This document shows, in pieces, positions 26,901 to 38,368 of a stretch of 64,000 bases of DNA. The position numbers and the translations under genes were made by a program. Position 1 is the first letter of the stretch. Every line of letters begins with the position of its first letter. Origin of the DNA: Dimorphilus gyrociliatus. Lineage: Eukaryota; Animalia; Annelida. The stretch lies in NCBI GenBank assembly GCA_904063045.1, contig CAJFCJ010000025.1:434001-498000 (forward strand), given 5' to 3'. The notes under the pieces were generated by a model. The model did no database searches. It worked only from the letters and a program-made list of their open reading frames with translations, and was not told the origin of the DNA.

Positions 26901-29900
26901 ATGAAGACTGAAGACGAATTAAGCATTCCACTGACTCCTGAAAGCCAGCGATCAAATTATTCATCCATTGATCAGGATTTAGACAAGAAATCAAACAAAG
27001 ATGTCGATAAGAAGAATAAAGAGTTATCCATTTCCTTTAGTCAACTATTTAATTATGCCGATTTTTGGGATATTATCTTGATTGTATTCTCTTCTTTGTT
27101 AGCTTGTTTGCATGGAATATCGATTCCTATTCTTGTTAAAAAAATAGGCGAAGTTGTCGAGGATTTCGTACAGCAGACGAACGAAAGTGAAATTCGTAAG
27201 GAATCAAAACAGATAGCCGCTCTTGGATTTGGAGTCTTTATTGTCAGTTTTCTACAACTGGTAGGCTGGAAAATATCCTCTCAGAGGCAAAGTTATAAAA
27301 TTAGAGAAGCTTTATTTAAAAGAGTGCTACAAAGAGAGATTAGTTGGTTTCAGCCTGCAAATTTAAAAACAGCAGAAGGTTTAATGTCGAAGACTCTAAG
27401 TTCCTTCGAAAGAGGTATGGGTGATAATCTAGGTTTAGTTATTCATTGGTGTATCACCTTTGGAGTTGCTTTGGTTATTTCATTCACTCTCAATTGGAAG
27501 TTAGCCATAGTTCTATTTGCCGCAAGCTTTGTCATTGCCTTCATTAGTTTCTTAAATAAGGTGATATGGTGTAAACTCTCTTTACGGGAGAGTGAATGCT
27601 ACAGTCAAGCTGATGATGTTGTGCAACAAGCCCTAGATAACATTGACACTGTTACTGCTTTTGATGGCTCTGAGAAGGAATCTTTGAAATATAATGATAA
27701 ACTTCTCAACGTACAAAATATTTCATTAAGAAAGAATACAACATTCGGTGTTTTTCTTGCTGTTATGCTTCTCTTGGAGTTTGGCAGTTATACTTTAGGT
27801 TTTTGGTATGGTCCAAAAATTCTCTATGACAACAAAAAATACGATTTAAAAAAGATAATTACGATTATTTTCCTTATGAGAATTATTTTACTCTTGTCAA
27901 TTGAGAGGATATGCGCGTATTTAAAGCTTGTTAATGAATCAAAGGTTTCCGCTGCTTCCTTATATCCATTATTGCTGACAAAGCCAAGTTTTAGGGATGG
28001 CGAAGTTCTGCCGAGCATCAAGGGAAACATATCATTCGAAAAAGTTTTTTACAAAGTTGATAATGAAATAATGTTAAATGACTTCTCTTTCCAAATCGAA
28101 AGCGGAGAGACATTAGCTATTGTTGATATATCTAGAAAATCTACTCATCACATCTTTGAACTACTTCTAAGATATCATTTTCCAAATAATGGTCTTATTA
28201 AATTGGATGGATACGATATATCAACCCTTAATTGGAAATGCCTACAAAGAGCTTGCGGATTTTTACCAAAACTTCCGGAGGTATTCTCAGTATCTGTTGA
28301 AGAGAATTTAAGGTAAAAGTTTGCTTTTCCTTTTTATTTTTACCAAACGGCCTATAGTCTTTCTACTTTTGTACTTTTACTTATGTTTTCTATTTATCTA
28401 TTTCATAATATTCTTTGAACCGAAGGAATTTGTAATTTTCCATTGATCATTTCTAATATTCTAAGCTCTTATTGAAAACCCATAGATGTCGCCACAGTAT
28501 ATTTTTTATATTAACATTTTAACCAAAAACTAAAATCACTTTTTCCAATTAGATTCGGCAACGAAAATGCAACGATAGATGAAATAACCGAAGTATGCCG
28601 GTTAATGGGTGTTTTTAACTATATAAATAGCCTTCCACGTGGCTTTGAGACAATATTAGATAAGGAAATATATTTACCAGCAATTGAAGCCAAAAAATTA
28701 ACTTTCGCTAGATTATATTTGAGAAACTCTAAAATTGTCCTTCTTGATCAACCATTCTTTAACTTAAAAAATTCTGAAGCTACGATTATTCAGAAGTTAA
28801 TTGACGTTATTAGACAAGATAGAACTGTTATTATACTTGAAAATGACTTGGAAAAAGTTAAAGATTTCGAAAGATTAATTATCACATCTGGAGGAGAGAT
28901 TCTAGAGGAGGGTACTATTGGTGCTTTACAAGCTGACGAAGAGAGTCTATATTCAAGGCTAACTAGTACTGAAGGAGAAAAAGACAATGCAGATGAAGAA
29001 GATACTTGTTCCGCTTACGATTCAATGGAAATGTTTGAAGCGGAGGATGGTATCGATAGATCTAACTCGAATTTACATGGACTTTTAAGAAAGAATTATA
29101 CCAAGACTTTTGCCCTGGTTTGTGGAATATTGTTTTCGTTAATATGTGGGGCTGTCATTCCGACTTTTGCCATTATCTTTTCAAAGATTCTGGGAAATTT
29201 AAAAGATATCGAAAAAAGAAACTACTTTTCATACCTTTTCTTAGCTCTTGGAGGAATAGCTTTCATTGCATTTTCACTTAAAGCATATTTCCTTTCTAAA
29301 TTTAGCATTGCTACTACAGCTCGACTTAGAACTACGTTTCTAAAAGGTCTTCTAAACCAGGACATTGCATATCTAAAAAATCCTAATACGAATATTAAAG
29401 ACTTGATTGATTTATTAACCGAAGGTATAGAAGACATAGAAAATTTAATCAAGAATAGGATGGGAACATCCTTCCAATCATTGGCAGGTAAAAAAAGTTT
29501 AAAATATATATATAGCGTATACTTACCTGGATATTCTCTTTTATTAATAAAAATATCCTATTTGTTTTTTAGCCTTCATATCGGGATTTGTAATAGCATG
29601 CATTTGTTCTTGGAAAATTGCCTTACTAGGTCTAGGGTTTCTCATCTTTACCTTTGTTATTCTTCACCTTGAGTCAAGATTAAATTCCTCAATGTTAAAC
29701 GATAATAAAGCTGGTACGGAAAGCGTTAAATTAATATTAAATGAAACGTTTCAAAATGTAAGGACCGTTACTCAATTTGGAAAGGAAGACTGGATGATTC
29801 GAAGATTCAAAGCGGTCTTTGATAAGAATTACTGCTGGAATATTGTTAAATGTATTTTTTTATCTCTTCTACGAAGTCTGGTTTTTTCCCTTATCTTTTT

Positions 29901-30950
29901 CGCTCTAGCTGCCTCGTTTATCTTATCAGTCAAACTGATAAGAGACGACAAAATAGATTACGTAGACGTCTTTAGGTCGATAACGGCCATCCTCATAGGC
30001 ATCCTTGTGGCATTATATTTCCAGGCTATTGATCGGTTTAATTACTCAAGGTCAATAGATAATATCAAAAAGCTATTAGCCTTATTGTGCAAAAAACCAT
30101 CCGCATTGGACGCCCAATCAAAAATAGGAATTCGGCCAGGCTCAGTCTATGGAATCCTATCCTTTCAGGATGTTTGGTTCTCCCATCCCGCTACGCCGGA
30201 TGTTCCTATCCTGAGAGGAGTAAATTTCAGAGTGAAAAAAGGAGAATCTCTAGCTTTGGTAGGTGACGTTGGAAAAAATACCTGCTTTAGTCTGTTGGAG
30301 AGATTTTATGATCCTACAAGGGGATTAATATCATTGGATGATAATCCAATAGAGCGATTGAATACGAAATGGTTGAGGAATCAAATCGGGTTGGTTGATG
30401 GAAAAGGATTTATTTTTGATGGCACCATCGCTGATGCCATAGCCTACGGGGATAACTCGAGATTGGTTGATATGGATGAAGTCATTAATGCCGCTAAGAA
30501 AGCTAATGTCCATGATTTTATAGCCAACTTACCACACGTGAGTACCCACATATGTTAATAATATTCTACGTCAATAAAATTCTCTTATTGGTTTGATAGG
30601 GATATTTTTCAATAATTGGAAAACGAGGATATAAGCTATCTCTGAACCACCTTCAGAGAATATGTATTGCCAGAGCATTACTTAGACGTCCAAAAATATT
30701 ATTATTGGACAATGCAACATCATCATTAGATATTGAAAGTGAAATTATAGTTCAAGCAGCCCTGGAGGAAGGTCAGCGGAACAGAACGACAATAATCATC
30801 TCTGACCGGTTGTCGTCCATCCATAACGCTGATAAAATCGCCGTCATTAAGCAGGGTCGCATCGTCGAAATGGGCGATCACTCTACGTTAATAGACAAAA
30901 GCGGAATATATTATTCAATGTATGTTGCCGAAACCAAAACATTTAATTAA
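26901..30950 (+). CDS. Full-length ABCB (P-glycoprotein/MDR-like) transporter, TMD-NBD-TMD-NBD, 1220 aa, both NBDs degenerate
   Basis: Exons 26901-28312, 28553-29487, 29573-30537, 30600-30950 total 3663 nt in frame. ABCB1-like segments include LFNYADFWD, CGAVIPTFAIIFSKI, FSHPATPDVPILRGVNF, ICIARALLRRPKILLLD and SSLDIESE. Confidence 0.93.
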
Positions 30951-32496
30951 ACGCTGTTTATTTTAACTTGTGTCAATATACATGTAATATATACTGTCTT
31001 TATGTTTTTGTAATCAGATTTTTCAGACAATTAATGATTGTGTTGCGGCTGTAGAATTTAATCATAGAGAATTATATATATATATAAAAATAACAAGTAT
31101 TTGTTCACTAAAAGAAAGAAATTAGAGAGTAAATGAAAGTTTTCTTAATCTTTTAAGAGTTGACATAAAAGCTTATCAGATAAGAAAATGTCAAAGGAAA
31201 AGTGACGCCGCTTACTTGTCTATTATATATTTAATGCAGTCTATAAATAATAATTATATCTATGTTAACTATGCTAAAGAAAGACTTATTCCTGAAGGAT
31301 AGTGAATTATAGTCACCTGATGTTACTAACGTAATAAAATAATCTTCATTGGGAAAAAATGGTAGGCCTATTAAAAGAAAGCTCCACTATGTTTTAATAA
31401 TTTAAAAACAAAAATTAGTTTTTCAAAACGTATCTTATTCTTGTTGTAAATATACTTCAAAGTTGAGCACTAGGACTTGGAACTATTAATTTTTCTATTT
31501 TAAAAGATATATATTTTTTATGTAAATATGATATACTTTACAAAAAGAACGTTTTTATATTAGAGACGTTGAAGAAAAAAGCTATTAGTATACAAATTTT
31601 TAAATAATTCATCTCTTAATGCAGCGTATTCATATCATAGCATTCTACAGAAAAAAAGAATTGTTTTTTATTTTTAAAAACAAAACCTGAATTTATGAAA
31701 GAAATAGTAACAAGACGAAATAATAACGTAAATTAGAGGAGAAAGGTTTTTATTCTTTTTTTTCTTTTTTGATAGATAAAAAAAACGTCCATTATTTTTA
31801 TCAAATTCTGCCATACTATGCATATATAAATAACTATGCGTATAAATATTCTCATTAACTAAGCGAGAGATATAAAGAATAATTTAAATGATTAAAAACG
31901 CTCTATTAAATATTGTTACATGTAGCAAAATTTCTAATTTGTAACGTTTAATTATCGTACAAAAAGTGTTAAATAGGATATTTAATATTTAATTAGTGTA
32001 TGGGTATTAATAAATAGAATTATAATGTATATTAAAAAAAAGAGAGAAAAGTGAACTTTCTTTTATCTTTTTCTTACCTTTAATTAGCCTTTCTTTAAAT
32101 TCTTTAAACTTTTTAAATATCAATAGAATAATTACATTTGTTTATTAAATATATATATCTATATATATATCTATATATATATTTATATATTTGAAAGAAT
32201 ACTTAATTATTACTTTCATAGTTATGTGTTTGTTCTTTTTTTGGAAGCGTAAAGTATAACGACGAAATATATTCTATTATACCAGTTTACATAGAAGTGT
32301 TAAAGAAAAAATAGCTAAATTATCGCTCTTTACCAACAAAGAGAGTTTTTTAATTCAATGAAAAAAATCCATTAATAATCTAAAAGCATTTTCAATTGCT
32401 ATTGTCTAATAATGATTTTATTCTAAAATCCAACAGAGAATGACTTTTTTAACGACTATTAAAACGAAATCTTTTGGGATTTAAAAGAGAAAAAAA

Positions 32497-33893
32497 ATGA
32501 GCTTTCAGGAACAAGTGAAAAACTTTTCGAAATCAAAATTAAAGAAAACTTCAACATCGTTAAAAACTGAAGATGGCCGATTAGTACAATTAAATATTCA
32601 TGATCTTTCGTTTAAAGTAAGAAATTTAGAAAATAATTTACCAGGATTTATAGTGGATAATAAACCAGATTTAACGATAAATGAAATACTCCCAGGTTTA
32701 TACTTATGTAAGTATGATTGAATATATTGTAATTATATTTTACAAATAGATAAAATAAGAATGTAAATATCTATTATCGTTGAAAATTTTTTTCTTTTAA
32801 AGATAGAAATAATCATATTTTGCCTATAAAACAGGATGAAAGCTTTCTCTCTCTGTATATACTTTCTTTGTATTATTTATTTGTATTTTATAATTTAATA
32901 GGTTACGAGAAGGGCGAGGAGGGAGGCTATTCAAATAATGGAATTTGATAGAGAGAGTTATATTTGCAAAACTAATGAACTTTACTTGTAATTATAAAAT
33001 AAATCTATTAATAACTTTCTTACAGGAAGTAATAAGCTTTCTGCATTTGCTAATGGCAAAAGATGACGTAGACTTACTTATTGATCTACATAAATTATTA
33101 ACTAATTGTTTCAGACATGTCTAGCAAAGAGTAATGTAAGAAAGTCTTTAATAGTTGTATAATTTTCATTACAAATTATAATAAAGAAAGTTTGCAGTAA
33201 ATTAAAGAGTCAATAAAATATTAGGAAATGGCATAAGAATCATTTTCATTCATTATGAAAAGTTTAACTAAGCAAATAACTCTTAAAATATTCTTAATTA
33301 AAATGTCAATAACCGTTAGGAAAAGTAAAAATTCTTGGAAAACAATATTAATGCATAATATGAAATTCAAATATATTTAAATAATGTTCTTCTCTCCCTC
33401 TCCCTCTCTCTATCTCAGTCTATATCTTTATTTATCATATTATTTTTTTTACCTTCATTATACTTTTATATTTTTGTTATATTAATAAAATGTCTTTTTT
33501 CTTTATTTAGCTGGTCAAGATGTGGCTAGAGATTTAAGTATCTTAAAATCAAGTGGTATAACACATATACTAAATTTGGCGCCAATAATTCCATGCTCAT
33601 TTCCGTCTGAATTTGCTTATAAAACCGTAGAACTTCTCGATGTACCGGAAACTGATCTAATTTCCTCTCTGGAGGACTGTCTCAATTTTATTGACTTAGT
33701 TTTGAAAGATTCGAAAGGAAACGTTTTGGTTCATTGTAATGCGGGTGTCTCTAGGTTGGTGTTTGAATGAGTTTAAAGGGCCCTTTGTATAAAAATGTCA
33801 ATCTAATTCTTTTACATATCCTTTTTTCTGTCTGACTGTCTGTCTGTATTTTTCCTGATTCTTTCATACATACCCACTCTACTTCTCTATCTC

Positions 33894-33930
<37 letters not shown>

Positions 33931-34198
33931 TTTATTGGTGAATGACTACATTAACCAATCGTCAACTGTCACTTAGCAATACCAAATTATTTGAACCTAT
34001 TGATGTTTCATTAGATTTAGAATTTGATGCCTGTTTAATGAATTTTCCAGGGCTCCTTCGATAGTCATTGCCTTCGTGATGAGAAAACTAAAGTTGGATT
34101 ATGACGATGCTCTTAAGTTCGTAAAGGACAAGCGGCCTTGTATACGCCCAAATGACGGTTTTCAGAAGCAATTGAGAGAATTGGGGAAAACTGTTTAA
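32497..34198 (+). CDS. DUSP19: Atypical dual-specificity protein phosphatase 19-like, 200 aa
   Basis: Exons 32497-32707, 33511-33754, 34051-34198 (603 nt). Motifs SGQDVARD, ITHILN, catalytic VHCNAGVSR and RPCIRPNDGF. Confidence 0.9.
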
Positions 34199-35219
34199 AT
34201 TCTTTATCTTCTATATAATCTGATTATTTATATAATACATAATTTGAATGAATGAAAAACTATCAACTCGATTAATGTTTTGTTGATAAAACTAGAAATT
34301 GGTTTATTTTCTCTCTTATTTTTTACAATGACATATGTTTGCATAGCATTGATGTAGATTTGTAACAATTAGTTACAGAGTTGTAATTACTTGTCAAATT
34401 AAACAAGGTAGGTGAATAAACTTTTATTCTATAATCTAAAAGTTGTACTTTGTAATAGAGAAGCTTTTAAATTAAAAATGCATGTAAACCCTTTTTCATC
34501 TGTCTTCCTTTTTTTTATCTAGTTTTTTCTACATTACACTTTACTCTAAGCTTTGTCTCTTGTAAATTTAGTAAGTTGGATGAACTGTACTAGATTTTGG
34601 ATTATTTTGCATATTTTTTTTCTTACTTTTGTCTCCTTTTTTGGATGTTTTATTTATTTACTTTACATAAGAAATTATCCCCTGGACTAGATAGTTTTAT
34701 GTTACATTAAAACCCTATTACAAGAAATATAATAAGACTAGAAAAAGCATCAAACAATAGCTGGAAACATTGGTTGATGACTCGAATCTTTAGGGAAGAG
34801 AATTTAGCCTTTCTATCTAGGTATGAAAGCATCAAAAGCAAAATCATCTTCCTTTTTTGTCTCAAATAGCGCAAAATAATTCTTTCTTGCTTACTCATTG
34901 CGATACATTCATAAACTATTTTATTCTCTTATTACACCTAACAAAACATCTAATAATAATTGTATAAACAACAATAGAAAATTAGGTAATAAAGTTATAT
35001 TAAGAAGTTTTTACATGGAAAAGAGATATTGGATCAAGGTTGCCAAGTGATAAGATAAAGGTTATTATAAATGTATCACAATTTCGTACTTTAGATAAAA
35101 GGACGAAGGCAAAAAGGAAAGGAAAGACAGAAAATACCGAGTAATGCGAAAGGATGTTTTGACAAATAACTACTATAAATATATGTCTATATATATATAT
35201 ATTTATATGTACACTTACA

Positions 35220-36234
35220 TTACGTGCGTCTTGCAAAAGTAGTTATGACAAAATCTTTGATGAAACTGGTTTCTTCTTCTTTTTTTTCTAACTCAAATAG
35301 TGTGTTATTAAATTTTTTACATCAAAGAATCGGCAACTTCAAACCGACAAACCTAAAAATTTTGTTACATATTAGAATTTTTAACATACCATCTCTCTTT
35401 CGTTTAAATATGATATTATCAATATTTATGGTAGGCTGATATTGACAATCTATCTTACTCTATATCCCCCTTTACTATAACCTGGCAAAGTGGTTGGGTT
35501 AAAAGGAATGGGGGAGTGGTTCCTAAAAAGTAGCGTGTAAAGAAGGGAATATGGGATGAAGAAAATAGCTCAAATTTAAAAGAGTAATATTTTATTAAAT
35601 TTAGATCATTCTTAAAGGAGCAATGTAGACGAAATACCACACTGCAACATGTATCTTATTTTCATCTTTTTCAGTAAAATACAATAATCTTTTCTATTTC
35701 TCTCTTCCTCTTCTATTTTTAAACCAATAAACAAAAAAAATGCTATATTTAAAAGAAACCTAATGAATCATTATTTATTAAAGCCAAATGTTAAAAATTT
35801 TCTCTCTTATCCAATGAACGCCTACTCAAATATCAATATTGAATGACAGGCGTTATATAGACTCGTGAAAATTTAAATATTTCTTTTTAAATAGCCAAGT
35901 TTTCTTTGATGTTTTTAGAATATTCACGTATTTAAAGATTCAGTAGGAAGTAAGTAATTTCTACTTTTTTCCGGTTTGAAGACAATATTAAAACGTTTAT
36001 ATAAAAGCTAATTTAACTTAATAACCCTTAATTAAGAAATTGTGTACCGTCTAAATAACGTTATTTTAAAAAATGTACTATTCGTTTTCGTTTGTTATGA
36101 AGCTTTTCAATCCCATATGAGATAAAAGTCCTTCTCTGCATACTGATATCTGGAGGCTGGTTAAACATGTTGTATAGTGTGATAAAACTTTGCGCATATA
36201 TAACCTAAAGATGAGGGAGTAGTTAAGAGTATGG
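35220..36234 (-). other. Candidate small spliced minus-strand transcription unit; coding status unknown
   Basis: Exon-like blocks with canonical signals: 36234 or 36204-36144 (gtatgc donor), 35522-35459 (ctttttag acceptor, gtaaga donor), and 35352 onward (atttttag acceptor). One chain is phase-consistent. No homology recognised. Confidence 0.3.
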
Positions 36235-38334
36235 CTGTTTAAGGCCAAAAAGAAAAGGAATTAGTTCGCCCACAACGGGTCACTGCCTTCTTTACTTAAT
36301 CTCTCTTCTTTTACATTTTTCATTAATAAAACCCTATTTACTTTTCTTTGAACGAACAAATAAATTGCTTATTAGACAAGGTTTCCTCTTACAAACACTT
36401 TCTGATTAATTAATAACCACGCTCTTTAGATTTCATTCAAATAAGAAAAATAGAATATAAAACAATCGATCGCTTAAATTTGTATACCTTTTTAAATTAT
36501 TCACTTTAATTATGATATTTTCATTTATTATTCTATTAAAATACCATTGAGATATTTATCAATTAATTTAATATTTATTCTTTTATAACAATCTACAAAT
36601 CTTGAAATTTCCTATCAATTGAGCTGTCTATTACAAAATTTCATGGAACAGGAGAAAAGGAAGAGAAGGAAAAATGAAAAGAAAAGTAAACATTTATGGT
36701 AGGAATGGAAAAAAATGGAAATGGATAAGAAAGAAGATATACAGATGAATATGAAAAAAAATTCATTATGTAAATTACACAATGTAACTTTGATATTCAT
36801 AGGAAAAATTCCATTCTTGTTACTTTTAGTAGAAGACTACATATGTATATAAAAATAATGCAAATAGTGCAACCTTAGATTCTAATCCTATGTGAAGTTA
36901 TAAAAAGAATAATAGTATTGAATTACAAGGTCACAAAGTCCTACCATGCGACCTTGATTATTATTTTGTGTTATCAAAAAAATTGAAGTGAATAATACAA
37001 ATAAGAGAATGAAGAGGAAGATTAGGGAGAAATTCTGTGCATGCATATACTGTATATACAGCATATACTATTTATAGAATTTATATAGTATATAAAAAAA
37101 GTTCATTATCCTTTAATTAGAAAATATAAGCTTTAGTTATTTATTAAATAAAACTTATCTTGTATTTAAACTTTTACTAAAACAGATTAGTATATTCACT
37201 TACTTTAAACTCGATCTATTAAAAACAATGTCAGAGTTATAGATGATTCTTGTTAAAGGTTATAGACATTATCTCTATGTTTAAGAATATAGTATATACA
37301 CTACTTATATATCACTGTATATATTTTTATGTCATATGTACATGGAATACTATGTATAAAATGTATGTTATTTCCTATTTTAAGACATTTTACTGCTTGG
37401 ATAGATAAAAGGGAAAAAAACTAGAAATATACCTTTTTTTATATTTTTCACCTATTTAAATAGGTACTTTACAAGTAACGCTTATATTAATCGTCAAAAA
37501 TTTACTCTTTATACTAAACAATTAGACGTCAATGGTACAATTAACTTTAATAGGTTATAAAAAGGAATTATAAGTCGAAATATGACAAATCGATTTCCGC
37601 AACGAGAAAATAAGTAGGAGAAGAATCTGTAAATTGTCAAATATATTGTCCTAATTTTTGGATATACCATATAAAGCTTCAACTTTCATATGTTGTTAAC
37701 TTTCACTTGTTTTATAACTGTTATTTTATGTGTAACGATGAATTCTCATTGGACGAATAAATAATCAAATATAGTTTATTTTAATATGTAACAGTTATGG
37801 GATAATTTAAATCTTAAATTTCTAAACAAAGTCGTAAAAAAAAGATGTCTTAGCTTACTTTAGTATATAAATATAGTGATGTGATTCTTACTATTGGAGG
37901 GTTTTGTTCTTTGAGATCTCCTCAGATGTCTAAAATCGTATAACTAACCTGTTTATAGTCGTAATGTGCAAATATATACCATTATCTTATTGAAAAGAAG
38001 CAAAAATGAGCAAAGAACAATAATGAATAATTTTACAACGAACTGACCATCAAAAACAGGAAATACTTCAATTGTCCTGCAACTGTAGTAAATGTTTGCA
38101 ATACTTATTAATAACCTCTTTATATTTATATAAATGAACAGAGTGTACATAAAAATGGAAAGTAGTCCGTTAAAAAGCCCTACTTTACATTGCCAAGTAA
38201 GAGAACAGTGCAAATATAGTATATATAAAGTCGTTGAGTAGTAGAGACTTAATAAGTAACTTTGCTAGTTTTATTGAGTTGTAAATTATAGAAAAAGGGA
38301 TAATTCTATATTTATATATATACAGTATATACAG

Positions 38335-38368
<34 letters not shown>

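Noticed and set aside
27824-30513. Antisense ORFs inside the ABCB gene, and likewise inside the cholinesterase (59074-60973) and GPCR (44141-44356)
   Set aside because: These are shadows of real coding sequence on the opposite strand.
34707-34898. 63-aa minus-strand ORF MSKQERIILRYLRQKRK..
   Set aside because: No recognisable family; the length is expected by chance; it lies in the probable 3' region of the candidate minus-strand unit.
37953-38213. Hydrophobic minus-strand ORF resembling a membrane protein
   Set aside because: Non-ATG start, F/I/L bias expected from AT-rich DNA, and no consistent splice partners.
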